Shown here: positions 19,524-29,170 of the stretch, piece by piece
Layout of the letters: the number at the start of each line of letters is the position of its first letter
Position numbering within the stretch: position 1 is the first letter of the stretch
Assembly (NCBI GenBank): GCA_040289665.1
Contig: PSLO01000009.1
Span: 3,308-67,307 of the forward strand
Length of the DNA: 64,000 nt
Direction: 5' to 3'
Source: Leptolyngbya sp. ERB_1_1
GTDB taxonomy: Bacteria > Cyanobacteriota > Cyanobacteriia > Leptolyngbyales > Leptolyngbyaceae
The notes under the pieces: model-generated
What the model was told of the DNA's origin: nothing
Databases searched by the model: none
What the model saw: the letters and a program-made list of their open reading frames with translations, nothing else
Made by a program: the position numbers and the translations under genes

Positions 19524-20462
19524 TTAGTATAGCGAGTTGCGAGATGACGATCGCAAACAAGCCTCGATCGTTTCCACAACCGATCGCCCTAACGTCTCAT
19601 AGTCATAGCCGCCTTCTAACCCAAACACAATTCGCCGCGTCACTCCCAAACAAGATTCTGTAAACAATCGGTAATCTTCTGGCTTGAGCGAAATTCCTGC
19701 CAGCGGATCGGCATGATTGGCATCATATCCAGCACTGATAATTAGTAAATTTGGCTGAAATTCGCTCAAAAACGGAACGACCTTCTTCTCAAACAGCGGT
19801 TGATAGTCCTCGATCGTACTTCCCGGAGCCATCGGCAGATTTAGTACATTTTGGTACAAACCCGTTTCGGCTGGATGTCCTGTGCCTGGATACTGAGGCG
19901 ACTCGTGCAGCGAACAAAACCGGATTTTAGGATTCGTTTCGACGATCGCTTGTGTTCCATTGCCGTGATGTACATCCCAATCGAGAATGCACACGCGATC
20001 GAGTCCCTGCGCCAAGGCAGCATAAGCGGCGATCGCGGCATTGCTCAATAAACAAAATCCCATTCCCTCATCCGCCACGGCATGATGCCCCGGTGGACGC
20101 GCCAACACAAAACAAGGCTCACCGGCTGCGATCGCGAGATTTACACCATCGATCCACGCATTGACCGCTAGGAGTGCAACTTCAAAGCTACGCGGTGAAA
20201 CGGGCGTATCGCCATCGACATATCCACCACCTCGATTTGCTAATTGCCGGACTTGTTCAAGATAGCGGCGATCGTGAATTGTCTCGATCAGAGATAAAGG
20301 CGAGCGCGTCTCAATCGGGGTGGGCGATCGCCATTCGAGTTGGTTTGCCCAAGGTGCAGATTTGAGGGCGGTTTGAATCGCGGTGAGTCGTCCAGGATTT
20401 TCGGGATGAAAATAGCCTGTGTCATGGAGCAGAAATTCATCGGAATAGATCACCGGAAACAT
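19524..20462 (-). CDS. Histone deacetylase-family (class II-like) amidohydrolase
   Basis: HPENPGR, RPPGHHA, GFCLLSN, DWDVHHGNGTQ, SAGYDA, LEGGY. Confidence 0.92.
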   Translation of the reverse strand: MFPVIYSDEFLLHDTGYFHPENPGRLTAIQTALKSAPWANQLEWRSPTPIETRSPLSLIETIHDRRYLEQVRQLANRGGGYVDGDTPVSPRSFEVALLAVNAWIDGVNLAIAAGEPCFVLARPPGHHAVADEGMGFCLLSNAAIAAYAALAQGLDRVCILDWDVHHGNGTQAIVETNPKIRFCSLHESPQYPGTGHPAETGLYQNVLNLPMAPGSTIEDYQPLFEKKVVPFLSEFQPNLLIISAGYDANHADPLAGISLKPEDYRLFTESCLGVTRRIVFGLEGGYDYETLGRSVVETIEACLRSSSRNSLY

Positions 20463-20511
20463 AATGTCGATCGAGATTTGGAGAGCAAGATTTTACTATA
20501 GCAATGTCGCC

Positions 20512-21963
20512 TTAAACAGCGATACAGCCAGCGCGATCGGGCAATTCGATTTCTAATTCCTGCTCACTCCAATTCAATTCTGCATTGCCATAAATAACGC
20601 GATTCGGCTTGGTTTTGAGTCCAGTTTTTGCCCAATCGATCGAGACTTTACTCGGAACCGTTCCTACGTTGACTGCAACAATTAATTCCTCGTCTTCCAG
20701 AATTCGCGCAAAGACATAGGTTGTTCCTTCGGCACATAGAACCTTGTAATCTCCAACTCTCAAAGCAGGATGGGCATGACGAATCGCAACTAATTGGCGG
20801 TGACATTCATAAATTTTGTAATCCCAATTTGCCTCTAACGGGAAGCCGCGACGGGAATCCGGATCGATCGCGCCCGGTAATCCCACTTCATCACCATAGT
20901 AAATACTAGGCGCACCCGGAAAGGTTATGAGTAATAATGTACAAAGTTCAATGCTGGCACGATCACCACCTGCAATACTCATCAATCGTGCAGTGTCATG
21001 ACTTGCTAACAAATTCAGTTGCGTAAGCTGAATCTCCCAGGGATACAGTTCTAATAGATCCTGCATCTTTTGGGCGTATTCACCTGCAAACATCGGCGGA
21101 TACGGTTGATAATCACGGCTTTGAACTTGTTCCAACACCACACGATCGCCTGCTGCAAATGCGATCGTCGGACCTGCAAACAAATAATTCATCACGCCAT
21201 CGAACTGCGTACCATCGAGCCACTGCCGCGAATCGCCCCAAACTTCTCCTACGATATAAGCTTCGGGATTGGCGGCTTTTACTCGATCGCGAAATTCCTG
21301 CCAAAATCCTGGTGTTTTGATCTCAAACGGCACATCCAACCGCCAGCCATCAATCCCAAACTTGATCCAATACTCCGCAATTTCCATGATGTACTCTCGC
21401 ACTTCTGGATTGTCGTGATTGAATACGGGTAGGGCACGATTGTTATCCCATCCTTCGTACCCTGCGGGAAATTCTCCGGTATAAGGATGCAGCGGAAAAT
21501 CATGAATCCTAAACCAATCGATCCAGGGAGAATGACCGCCATTCTCTAACACATCATGAAAAAAGAAGAACCCTCGACTAGAGTGATTGAACACCCCATC
21601 TAGCACAACTTTGATATCTCGCTCATGCGCCGCTTCGAGCAGATCGCGAAACGCTTCGTTGCCGCCCAACATTGGATCGACTTGGTAATAGTCGTGTGTG
21701 TGATAGCGGTGATTGCTAGCAGACTGAAAGATCGGCGTAAAGTAGATCGCATTCACGCCCAAATCCTGAATGTAATCCAGCTTTTCCATCACGCCCCAGA
21801 GGTCGCCCCCTTTGTATCCCTGTAGAGTTGGGGTCGCGTCCCAATCTTCCCATCGCATCGATTTGAGAAGTTTCTTATGGGGCTGTTTCGCGCGGGCAAA
21901 GCGATCGGGAAAAATTTGATAAAAAACAGCGTGTTTTACCCAGTCTGGCGTTTGAATTTGCAT
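20512..21963 (-). CDS. GH13 neopullulanase / cyclomaltodextrinase-like alpha-amylase
   Basis: YQIFPDRF, NHRYHTHDY, DGVFNH, GWRLDV, GEVW and SHD catalytic regions. Confidence 0.9.
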   Translation of the reverse strand: MQIQTPDWVKHAVFYQIFPDRFARAKQPHKKLLKSMRWEDWDATPTLQGYKGGDLWGVMEKLDYIQDLGVNAIYFTPIFQSASNHRYHTHDYYQVDPMLGGNEAFRDLLEAAHERDIKVVLDGVFNHSSRGFFFFHDVLENGGHSPWIDWFRIHDFPLHPYTGEFPAGYEGWDNNRALPVFNHDNPEVREYIMEIAEYWIKFGIDGWRLDVPFEIKTPGFWQEFRDRVKAANPEAYIVGEVWGDSRQWLDGTQFDGVMNYLFAGPTIAFAAGDRVVLEQVQSRDYQPYPPMFAGEYAQKMQDLLELYPWEIQLTQLNLLASHDTARLMSIAGGDRASIELCTLLLITFPGAPSIYYGDEVGLPGAIDPDSRRGFPLEANWDYKIYECHRQLVAIRHAHPALRVGDYKVLCAEGTTYVFARILEDEELIVAVNVGTVPSKVSIDWAKTGLKTKPNRVIYGNAELNWSEQELEIELPDRAGCIAV

Positions 21964-22063
21964 GAGTCGTATGGATCACATCAATAGTACGGTAATGATC
22001 CCCGGCTCGATCGCTCTCTAACCATTGATAGAATCTTAATTGCGTTCAGAAATTTCTAGAACC

Positions 22064-22077
22064 GTAGTGTATAATAC
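22064..22077 (+). promoter_or_regulatory. NtcA site (GTA-N8-TAC) overlapping a TATAAT -10 box
   Basis: GTAGTGTATAATAC, with TATAAT at 22070-22075, about 12 nt upstream of the riboswitch. Confidence 0.7.
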
Positions 22078-22086
22078 AAATATAGA

Positions 22087-22146
22087 CGTTCATCTCTGGT
22101 ATGCAGCCGGAGACGGAAGTAAGGAGTTCTCCTGAAGGAACGCGCC
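22087..22146 (+). ncRNA. Glutamine riboswitch (glnA RNA motif, type I)
   Basis: P1 CGTTC/GAACG, P2 TCTCTGG/CCGGAGA, conserved CGGAAGTA, P3 AGGA/TCCT, GAAGGAACGCGCC tail. It sits directly upstream of a DUF4278 gene, the established context for this motif. Confidence 0.85.
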
Positions 22147-22181
22147 TCAACTCACTTCATTTTTTACTTTCCGAGGTGACT

Positions 22182-22565
22182 ATGAGACTGATCTATCGTG
22201 GTGTTGAATACGAATACGACCCGACCCAAGGCAGACGTGACGATCGCATTTCGCGATTCCATGCGCCGATTACCCTAACCTATCGCGGCAACCGCTATCA
22301 GATTGATCCGAATCGTCCAGCACGATCGACAGTTGAACCGCAGCCGCGCGAATTGATTTATCGTGGCAATCGGTATTGGGTTGGTTATTCCGATGGTAAG
22401 CCGACCTTGAGCAACGTCAGCAGACCGAGACAGGCGGCAAACTTGAGTGCAATCCATCGTGAGAACCTGCAACGGAATTTGCAGCATCGCATTGAAGTTG
22501 CTCGTCAGAAGGGCGATAACGCTCTGCTTACTCTACTTGAAGCAGAACGTCGCCAGATTGTCTAA
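22182..22565 (+). CDS. DUF4278-family protein with three YRG repeats
   Basis: GAGGTG RBS. LIYRGVEY, LTYRGNRY, LIYRGNRY repeats and C-terminal HRENLQRNLQHRIEVARQKGD..LL..LEAE helix. The ORF-track start at 22101 lies inside the riboswitch. Confidence 0.85.
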   Translation: MRLIYRGVEYEYDPTQGRRDDRISRFHAPITLTYRGNRYQIDPNRPARSTVEPQPRELIYRGNRYWVGYSDGKPTLSNVSRPRQAANLSAIHRENLQRNLQHRIEVARQKGDNALLTLLEAERRQIV

Positions 22566-22593
22566 GCTCATTTTACCTACTCTTCACGCACTG

Positions 22594-22620
22594 GGAGTCT
22601 CGATCGAGACTCCTTTTTTT
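22594..22620 (+). terminator. Intrinsic terminator after the DUF4278 gene
   Basis: GGAGTCTC-GATC-GAGACTCC followed by T7. Confidence 0.85.
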
Positions 22621-22679
22621 ATCAAGAAGCCTACTGGATTTGCTAACATTGCGTGGAGCTTGTTCAAAGGGAATTAGCA

Positions 22680-23303
22680 ATGCAAGAGTATTTGAACGCA
22701 ACTTCTGTAATTGATTGGCAACATCCTGAGATCGTGCAGCTTGCTCATCAGATTGCATCAAACTGTGAAACATCAACCGCGATGCCTACGGCACAGGTTA
22801 ACGTGACCGCCAAAGCTTGTTTTGATTGGGTACGAGACCACATCTATCACAGTTTTGACTATCAGATGAATCCTGTTACGTGTCATGCTTCGGATGTGCT
22901 GAAGTACAAGACAGGCTACTGCTATGCCAAAAGTCATCTGCTTGCTGCATTACTTCGAGCGAACCAAATTCCAGTAGGCTTTTGCTATCAGAGGTTGAGC
23001 GTTAATGATCAGGGCGCGCCTTACAGCTTGCATGGATTTAACGCAGTCTATCTTCCTGAGATTGGATGGTATCGAATTGATGCGAGAGGCAATAAACCAG
23101 GGGTGGATGCTCAGTTTGTTCCGCCTCAAGAGCAATTAGCTTTTCGTCCAAAGCTTCCCGAAGAGGCTGATTTTTCAGCAATCTTAGCAGAGCCGCTTCC
23201 GATGATTGTTAAAGCATTGCAAAGTCAAGCAACTTGGGATGATATGCTTCGCAATCTTCCAGATATTTCATTGGACAGTGCGAAGGAACATTGCTTGGTG
23301 TAG
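22680..23303 (+). CDS. Transglutaminase-like protein
   Basis: GYCYAKSHLLAALLR (Cys), HGFN (His), WYRIDARG (Asp) triad. Confidence 0.85.
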   Translation: MQEYLNATSVIDWQHPEIVQLAHQIASNCETSTAMPTAQVNVTAKACFDWVRDHIYHSFDYQMNPVTCHASDVLKYKTGYCYAKSHLLAALLRANQIPVGFCYQRLSVNDQGAPYSLHGFNAVYLPEIGWYRIDARGNKPGVDAQFVPPQEQLAFRPKLPEEADFSAILAEPLPMIVKALQSQATWDDMLRNLPDISLDSAKEHCLV

Positions 23304-23316
23304 GAGAATTAAGCAT

Positions 23317-23907
23317 TTATTGCATCTCTCTCATGTACTGCGATCGACAAGGCGATCCCCAGCAAACAGTTTGGGGAGGCATTGATCTCAACACTGTACT
23401 GCGTGCTCCGATCACCACATTTGAGCCAATCCGAACTCCAGGAGCAATAAAGCAATCTGTTGCAATCCAAACTCCATGACCGATTGTGATCTCGTTCGTT
23501 TCGAGTCTAAACGCTTGATCGCTAAAGTCATGACTTCCTGTGCAAAGATAACTTTTCTGAGAAATAACACAGTGATCACCGACTGAAATGCGATCGAGAC
23601 TATAAAACACAACGTTATCGCCAATCCAGCTATGAGCACCAATCTCAACCTTCCAGGGATAAGTAAATCGTGCCGTTGGACGAACTAACACTCCTTGACC
23701 GATTTTCGCTCCAAACCACCGTAGAACTGAGCATCGAATTGAATTCATCGGATGAGGCGTGATCGGAAAGACGATCGCTTGCACTAGCCACCATAGTAAA
23801 ACATACCAACCCGGACGACCGCGATCGAACCAAGACTGATCATAGTTCCGTAAATCGACGAGCGAGGGTGCATTGATATCGATCGTAGACTGTTGAATCT
23901 GAGTCAT
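23317..23907 (-). CDS. WcaF-like hexapeptide-repeat polysaccharide O-acetyltransferase
   Basis: RFTYPWKVEIGAHSWIGD, SQKSYLCTGSHD, left-handed beta-helix repeats. Overlaps the upstream GT2 stop by 4 nt. Confidence 0.88.
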   Translation of the reverse strand: MTQIQQSTIDINAPSLVDLRNYDQSWFDRGRPGWYVLLWWLVQAIVFPITPHPMNSIRCSVLRWFGAKIGQGVLVRPTARFTYPWKVEIGAHSWIGDNVVFYSLDRISVGDHCVISQKSYLCTGSHDFSDQAFRLETNEITIGHGVWIATDCFIAPGVRIGSNVVIGARSTVLRSMPPQTVCWGSPCRSQYMREMQ

Positions 23908-24836
23908 GATTCGGGTTGAGTGATAGATTGTACGATCGGTTGAACAACAGGTTGCGGAGTATTCAACATACCACCATGCCGCAATTCAAACAGCTTCACC
24001 CCGATCTGAAACTCATATTGACTGAGCAAACGTGCATAGATATAGCCCGCCTTGCCATCGAGAAATCCGAACCGAAACACATACGCCAATAGAAATCGCA
24101 ATGCTGGCTTAAACGGCAATCTTACCCAAATTCGCTTTAAGAACCGCTTGCGCTGCACCGAATCTCCAAACAAATTTGCCCCGATCGTGCCATCATCACC
24201 CTGACCCGTTAGCAAGTTTAGATAGACCTGTGCTTCCCAGTTTGAGTAGCGATTATGGCGGTCTAACCAGTGATACAAATCCTTGAAGTCGATGTGAAGC
24301 ATATCGTTTTTCAGATAACCCACTTTGCCAGGTAGAACGACGTGTTCATGAACTTCATTATCTCCGGTATTCTGAATCGTCTCAGTACCAAGATTCTCAT
24401 AGCGTCCTTTTTTGTGTTGAAACAGTCTCAGGTTCCAATCCGGATACTTTCCACCGTAGCGAATCCATTGACCCAAAAAGAACACTCTGCGATTGAGATA
24501 GTACCCTTCAAACGCTGGATTTTGAATTGCTACTGCAATCTCATCCCACAATTCTGGTGTGATTCGCTCATCGCAATCTACAATCAACACCCACTCATTC
24601 CGAAACGGCAGATTTTCCAGCGACCAATTTTTCTTTTTGGGCCATCGCCCATTGAAGTGAAACTGTACCACGATCGCTCCATAGCTTTCTGCAATCGCAA
24701 CCGATCGATCGCTACTTTGCGAATCGACCACAAACACTTCATCGGCTCTCGCAACACTTGCGAGACAGGCGGGCAAATTCACTGCTTCGTTTCGCGCGGG
24801 AATTAAAACCGAAACGGGGAGTTTAGAGGAAGACAT
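23904..24836 (-). CDS. Glycosyltransferase family 2
   Basis: VSVLIPARNEA, VVDSQSSD, DCDE motif, VHEH. Likely start MSSSK at 24836. Confidence 0.88.
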   Translation of the reverse strand: MSSSKLPVSVLIPARNEAVNLPACLASVARADEVFVVDSQSSDRSVAIAESYGAIVVQFHFNGRWPKKKNWSLENLPFRNEWVLIVDCDERITPELWDEIAVAIQNPAFEGYYLNRRVFFLGQWIRYGGKYPDWNLRLFQHKKGRYENLGTETIQNTGDNEVHEHVVLPGKVGYLKNDMLHIDFKDLYHWLDRHNRYSNWEAQVYLNLLTGQGDDGTIGANLFGDSVQRKRFLKRIWVRLPFKPALRFLLAYVFRFGFLDGKAGYIYARLLSQYEFQIGVKLFELRHGGMLNTPQPVVQPIVQSITQPES

Positions 24837-24954
24837 AATCTGAGTACGAGGGGGTATGTCACAGCGAACCTTAACGATGACAGCTCCAGTATTCCCATCC
24901 AAGCTTGAGAGAACACCGAAAAAAATCGGAGCCGTTTAGACCCCGATAAATCAC

Positions 24955-26232
24955 TTAGCTACTTGACTTATTGATACTTAGTCGATAAGTAGGCTTTGTG
25001 ATTGGCAGCTTTGCCACGCTCTCAAACAAAGCTTCGTATTGCGTCAAGGCTTGCTCGAATGAATAGCGCTCGATCGCATACTGCCGCCCCTTTTCCCCAA
25101 GTCGAGCGGCAAATTCGGGATGATGATATAGCTTGAGAATTTGATTCGCCAAAGCTTCTGGATCTTCTGGTTCCACCACAATCCCGCCACGACTTTTCTC
25201 GATCGCTTTCGCCGCACTGCCTGTACTTGGAACCGATGCAATCACTGCACGTCCGCTAGCAAGTAGCACCTGAGTTTTCGATGGCATGTTAAACGAAACT
25301 ACATTGCACTTCTGTACAATCAGTCCAACATCTGCCGCCGCTAACATTTCGGGTAATTTTTCTCGCGGTTGGAATGGCAATAATTTCACGTTATCTGCTC
25401 CGTGAATGTCGCAATACTGCTGTAGTTTTGCGATCGCTTTTGGCTCTCCGACGATCGCAAAGGCAATTTCTGGGATGTGTCGCAATTTGGCAGCCGCTTC
25501 GATCACCGTCTCTAAGCCTTGTGTAAGTGCAATGTTCCCTGCATAGAGAACAACAAACTTGCCATTGAGTCCATGTTTGATCCGAAAGGCATTGTTTTCC
25601 TTAGACATGGGGCGAATGAAACCTGTATCAACCCAATTCGGAATGCAGGTTAGCTTATTCGATGGCACACCTTTGCTTTCTAGATTTTCAACGAATCCAT
25701 CTGCGATCACACTGATCGTATGTGCAGTACGGTAAGCAAACTTTTCTAACGCTTCAAACAGCCGAATCATTGTTTTATTCTTCAGCAGTCCAATATGCAC
25801 TGCTGCTTCTGGAAGGATATCCTGCACGTTTAGCACGATCGGGCAATTGTACAACCAACTCAGAAGTGCAGCAGGAACACACACCGGAAGCGGCGGAACT
25901 GTCAGCAAAATCACATCCGGTCGCCAACCTCGAAGCGCTTGAAAGAAACTGGTGAACACGAAACTACCATCGAGCAGAAGTCGATCGAGCAAACCCGGCT
26001 TGGGCTTAACCCACATATAGCTGCGCTGAATAATCACGCCGTTGCGTTCTTCTGTCGCGTAAAGCTTGCCTCGATAGCCCTCATAGATTTGACGTTGAGG
26101 ATAGTTCGGCATTCCGGTGATCACCCTGACTTGATGCCCCCGTCTGACTAATCCCTCAGCGAGTTCTGTCATTAAAGGCGCAATACCGATCGGTTCTGGA
26201 TGATAGTTGTAAGAATAAATCAAAACACGCAT
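24955..26232 (-). CDS. Glycosyltransferase family 4 (WcaI-like)
   Basis: MRVLIYSYNYHPEPIGIAPLMTELAEGL, YAGNIALTQGLE, PSKTQVLLASGR. Confidence 0.88.
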   Translation of the reverse strand: MRVLIYSYNYHPEPIGIAPLMTELAEGLVRRGHQVRVITGMPNYPQRQIYEGYRGKLYATEERNGVIIQRSYMWVKPKPGLLDRLLLDGSFVFTSFFQALRGWRPDVILLTVPPLPVCVPAALLSWLYNCPIVLNVQDILPEAAVHIGLLKNKTMIRLFEALEKFAYRTAHTISVIADGFVENLESKGVPSNKLTCIPNWVDTGFIRPMSKENNAFRIKHGLNGKFVVLYAGNIALTQGLETVIEAAAKLRHIPEIAFAIVGEPKAIAKLQQYCDIHGADNVKLLPFQPREKLPEMLAAADVGLIVQKCNVVSFNMPSKTQVLLASGRAVIASVPSTGSAAKAIEKSRGGIVVEPEDPEALANQILKLYHHPEFAARLGEKGRQYAIERYSFEQALTQYEALFESVAKLPITKPTYRLSINKSSS

Positions 26233-26390
26233 AGCTTAGTGAATCCAAACAGCAATGGTGGCAGTGTGAAAACTTAGGGGAGGCTGGTTTTAGGTTGCCC
26301 AGAAAACGATTGTCTTCACAAGAATGGGTTTGCTCGATTGGGTTGGGATTTGATACAGTGTCATACAAGCGTTCTAGAGGCTTCGGGCTT

Positions 26391-27038
26391 ATGGTTTCCG
26401 ATCTGCAAGAAACCGTCGTTTATCCCGATAGCGACGGTCAGCCGATGTCAGACAACACAAAGCAGTTTCGTTGGATTGTTGAGATTAAACAGAATTTAGA
26501 CTGGCTGTTTGCGAATGATCCGGATGTCTTTGTTGCAGGAGATTTATTGTGGTATCCAATCGAAGGTCGTCCTGACATTCGGACTGCGCCTGATGTGATG
26601 GTGGTATTTGGCAGACCCAAAGGCGACCGTGGCTCTTATCAACAATGGAAAGAAGATAATATTCCACCTCAAGTCGTGTTTGAGATTTTGTCTCCTGGTA
26701 ATACAAAAATCGAGATGGAGAAAAAGCTGCTGTTCTACGATCGCCATCAGATTCAGGAGTATTACATTTACGATCCAGAGACAAACTTGCTCAACGGCTG
26801 GCAGAGAACTGAAGAAGGCTTAGACGCGATCGAAGAAATGGCGAATTGGACAAGTCCTCGGCTCGGTATTCGATTTGATTTGTCAGGCGAAGAATTACAA
26901 ATTTATTATCCTGACGGCGCTCGATTTCGCTCTTTTAATGAAATCAATGACTCGCTAGAGCAAGAGCGCCAACGAGCAGAGGAATTAGAAGCAATGCTGC
27001 AAAAGTATCGCGATCGCTTCGGAGAACTGCCGGATTAA
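26391..27038 (+). CDS. Uma2-family (DUF820) putative endonuclease
   Basis: YPDSDGQPMSDNT, APDVMVVFGRPKG, VFEILSP, EYYIYDP. Confidence 0.9.
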   Translation: MVSDLQETVVYPDSDGQPMSDNTKQFRWIVEIKQNLDWLFANDPDVFVAGDLLWYPIEGRPDIRTAPDVMVVFGRPKGDRGSYQQWKEDNIPPQVVFEILSPGNTKIEMEKKLLFYDRHQIQEYYIYDPETNLLNGWQRTEEGLDAIEEMANWTSPRLGIRFDLSGEELQIYYPDGARFRSFNEINDSLEQERQRAEELEAMLQKYRDRFGELPD

Positions 27039-27889
27039 TGATCCGGACAAACGATCGCGAATAAAGCCGCATAATCGAGGTCAGCTAAATTCTGATCGAT
27101 CGCGCGATTCAAAATTTCTCTCACTCCTTCTACTGAAGCGACATCCAAATTCGACGATCGCGCCGTTTCAATAAACAGACCCATATCTTTTTGTAAATGC
27201 TTCGTGGGAAAGTTGGGATTTTCAAAATCTCGATCGAGCATTCGCTGTAATTTCTTATCAAAAGTCGGCGCATACAAAGCACTCTGGCGCAAAATCTGCA
27301 TGAACGCTTCAACATCCACGTTTTGACGTAGCACTAGTCCAAGGCTGGCAGCAAAGGCACTGGTTAACGAGCCAATTAGTTGATTGAGAGCAAGCTTTAC
27401 GGTTGCAGCAGAACCGACTGATCCAAGCAGAATCGGATTTTCTCCAAACGTTTGAAGTAACGATCGCCATTGCTCAAACTGTTCTGTGTCCGCGCCCACC
27501 ATCACGATTAATTTTCCCGATCGCGCTTCTGGAATGCTACCAAGTACCGGAGCTTCTAAATAACTTCCGCCAGCAGCAACGACTCGATCGCGAATCTCCT
27601 GACTCTCATGGGGCGCGATCGTACTCATTTGAATCACGGTGCGATCGCGTAAAACTGTTTGATCCGAAAAGAGCGTTTCCTGAATGGCTTGAGCATTAGT
27701 CAGCATTAGAATCACACAGTCAGAAGCCGCGATCGCTTCAGAGGCAGAAACGGCAATTTTGGCTCCGGTCAAGGGTTCTAATTTTGCAGCGGTGCGATTG
27801 TATGCGGTGACAGAATGACCTGCGGCAATTAGCCGTTGCGCCATTGGTAAGCCCATCAACCCTGTGCCGATAAATCCAATCTTTGCCAT
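27035..27889 (-). CDS. NAD(P)-dependent beta-hydroxyacid dehydrogenase (3-hydroxyisobutyrate DH / glyoxylate reductase family)
   Basis: IGFIGTGLMG Rossmann motif, EAPVLGS, VKLALNQL, KHLQKD. Confidence 0.9.
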   Translation of the reverse strand: MAKIGFIGTGLMGLPMAQRLIAAGHSVTAYNRTAAKLEPLTGAKIAVSASEAIAASDCVILMLTNAQAIQETLFSDQTVLRDRTVIQMSTIAPHESQEIRDRVVAAGGSYLEAPVLGSIPEARSGKLIVMVGADTEQFEQWRSLLQTFGENPILLGSVGSAATVKLALNQLIGSLTSAFAASLGLVLRQNVDVEAFMQILRQSALYAPTFDKKLQRMLDRDFENPNFPTKHLQKDMGLFIETARSSNLDVASVEGVREILNRAIDQNLADLDYAALFAIVCPDH

Positions 27890-27935
27890 TGCTCAACTCC
27901 AAACTGTTCTATTTCACAGTCTAGAAGCAATTGAA

Positions 27936-28853
27936 CTATTGAATCGTTTTCATAATGAACTCAGCAATTTCGAGCAGTTCCGATTTATTGAACGCTTCTA
28001 CCAGAGAGCGGGCAGCGGCTCTTGGCTCTAGCGGAATCGAAATCTGTGGCTTTGCGGCAGGAGTGGGAGATTTTGCAGGTTGAGCAGGCGGATGCACCAA
28101 ATTTTGCAAAGTCGGACTGACTATGATGCGATTGGCGCTTCCGGTGAGTAAGAGATCACTTGCTTGCTTCAGGTCTTTGATCACCACGGGAGCGAGGGTT
28201 GCATAGTTGTTTCTAGGATTTGCGATCGCGCGTTGAGCCGTTTGCAGCAGTGTCACCCAATTTGGCGTAGTGCTACTAATTTGAATCAAGCGATTGCAAA
28301 GCGCGACTAACTGCTGCCGACCCTTTTGAGAATCTCCCTGCTTGAACAATTGCAGCATCGCCTTGAGAACTGCCATCGTCTGAGTTGTAGCGCCTTGAGG
28401 CAGAGTAGAACCTTTTGAAGTGACACTTTTGCCTGAGATGAGGGTGTTGAGATACGCTTGGAGTTCTCGAAAGGTCGGCTCTGAGGCGGAAACAGCTTGC
28501 TGAGCCTCTTCTTCTCGCAATCCAAACGGGCTTTGAAGGGCTTCGATCAGTTCTTTGAGCGTGTCAAATCCTTTCAGAAACAAATCTTCCAGACGCTGAT
28601 CGATTTTAACCGGATGCTCTTTGAGAATTTTGAAGCAGTCCTCGAAATGGTGAGCAGTTCTATGGATGCCATCAAAGCCGAGCATTGCAGCCCCACCTTT
28701 AACCGAGTGAGCAGCACGAAAAAGCTCATTCACTCGCTCTGAATCTGCCATCGTTGCGGCGAGATCGACCAAGCCCTGTTCGATCGTGTCGAGATGTTCT
28801 TTCGCTTCTTCGATGAAATAGCCGAGAATTTGCTGTTGCTTAACAGTTTGCAC
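27936..28853 (-). CDS. Stand-alone Hpt (CheA P1-like) domain protein
   Basis: ILGYFIEEAKEHLDTIEQGL...LFRAAHSVKGGAAMLG with the phospho-His. GTG start at 28853 with AGGAG RBS. No kinase or CheW domain. Confidence 0.82.
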   Translation of the reverse strand: MQTVKQQQILGYFIEEAKEHLDTIEQGLVDLAATMADSERVNELFRAAHSVKGGAAMLGFDGIHRTAHHFEDCFKILKEHPVKIDQRLEDLFLKGFDTLKELIEALQSPFGLREEEAQQAVSASEPTFRELQAYLNTLISGKSVTSKGSTLPQGATTQTMAVLKAMLQLFKQGDSQKGRQQLVALCNRLIQISSTTPNWVTLLQTAQRAIANPRNNYATLAPVVIKDLKQASDLLLTGSANRIIVSPTLQNLVHPPAQPAKSPTPAAKPQISIPLEPRAAARSLVEAFNKSELLEIAEFIMKTIQ

Positions 28854-29170
28854 CGCTCTGCTCCTAAAGTGACTCATTCACAAAATCTTGAGAAAAGTTT
28901 TTTGGGAAAAGTTGTCCTGATAATTTGAGTGTTCCCCACAGCGGTAAGAATTCACGAGGAAAATAGGCTAAATTGCTGTTAGCACAAATCTTTTCTGCAA
29001 CTTGGTCAAAAGCTGTTAATGTTAATTCCTTAATCGCAGTATTGAGATTTTTCAAATGTTGAGATTTTTCAACGGAAATGATTCTAATCCTGAATGATCG
29101 ATGGATTGAGGGATGATTAGACAGAATCGAGTTTTCGGCGGTAAAGTAAGGCAATTCGCGCCCGTTTAGA

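Noticed and set aside
26391-27038. Uma2 genes (also 60412-61053) as defence nucleases
   Set aside because: This family is highly expanded and scattered in cyanobacterial genomes; both copies have host-like composition and no defence neighbours.
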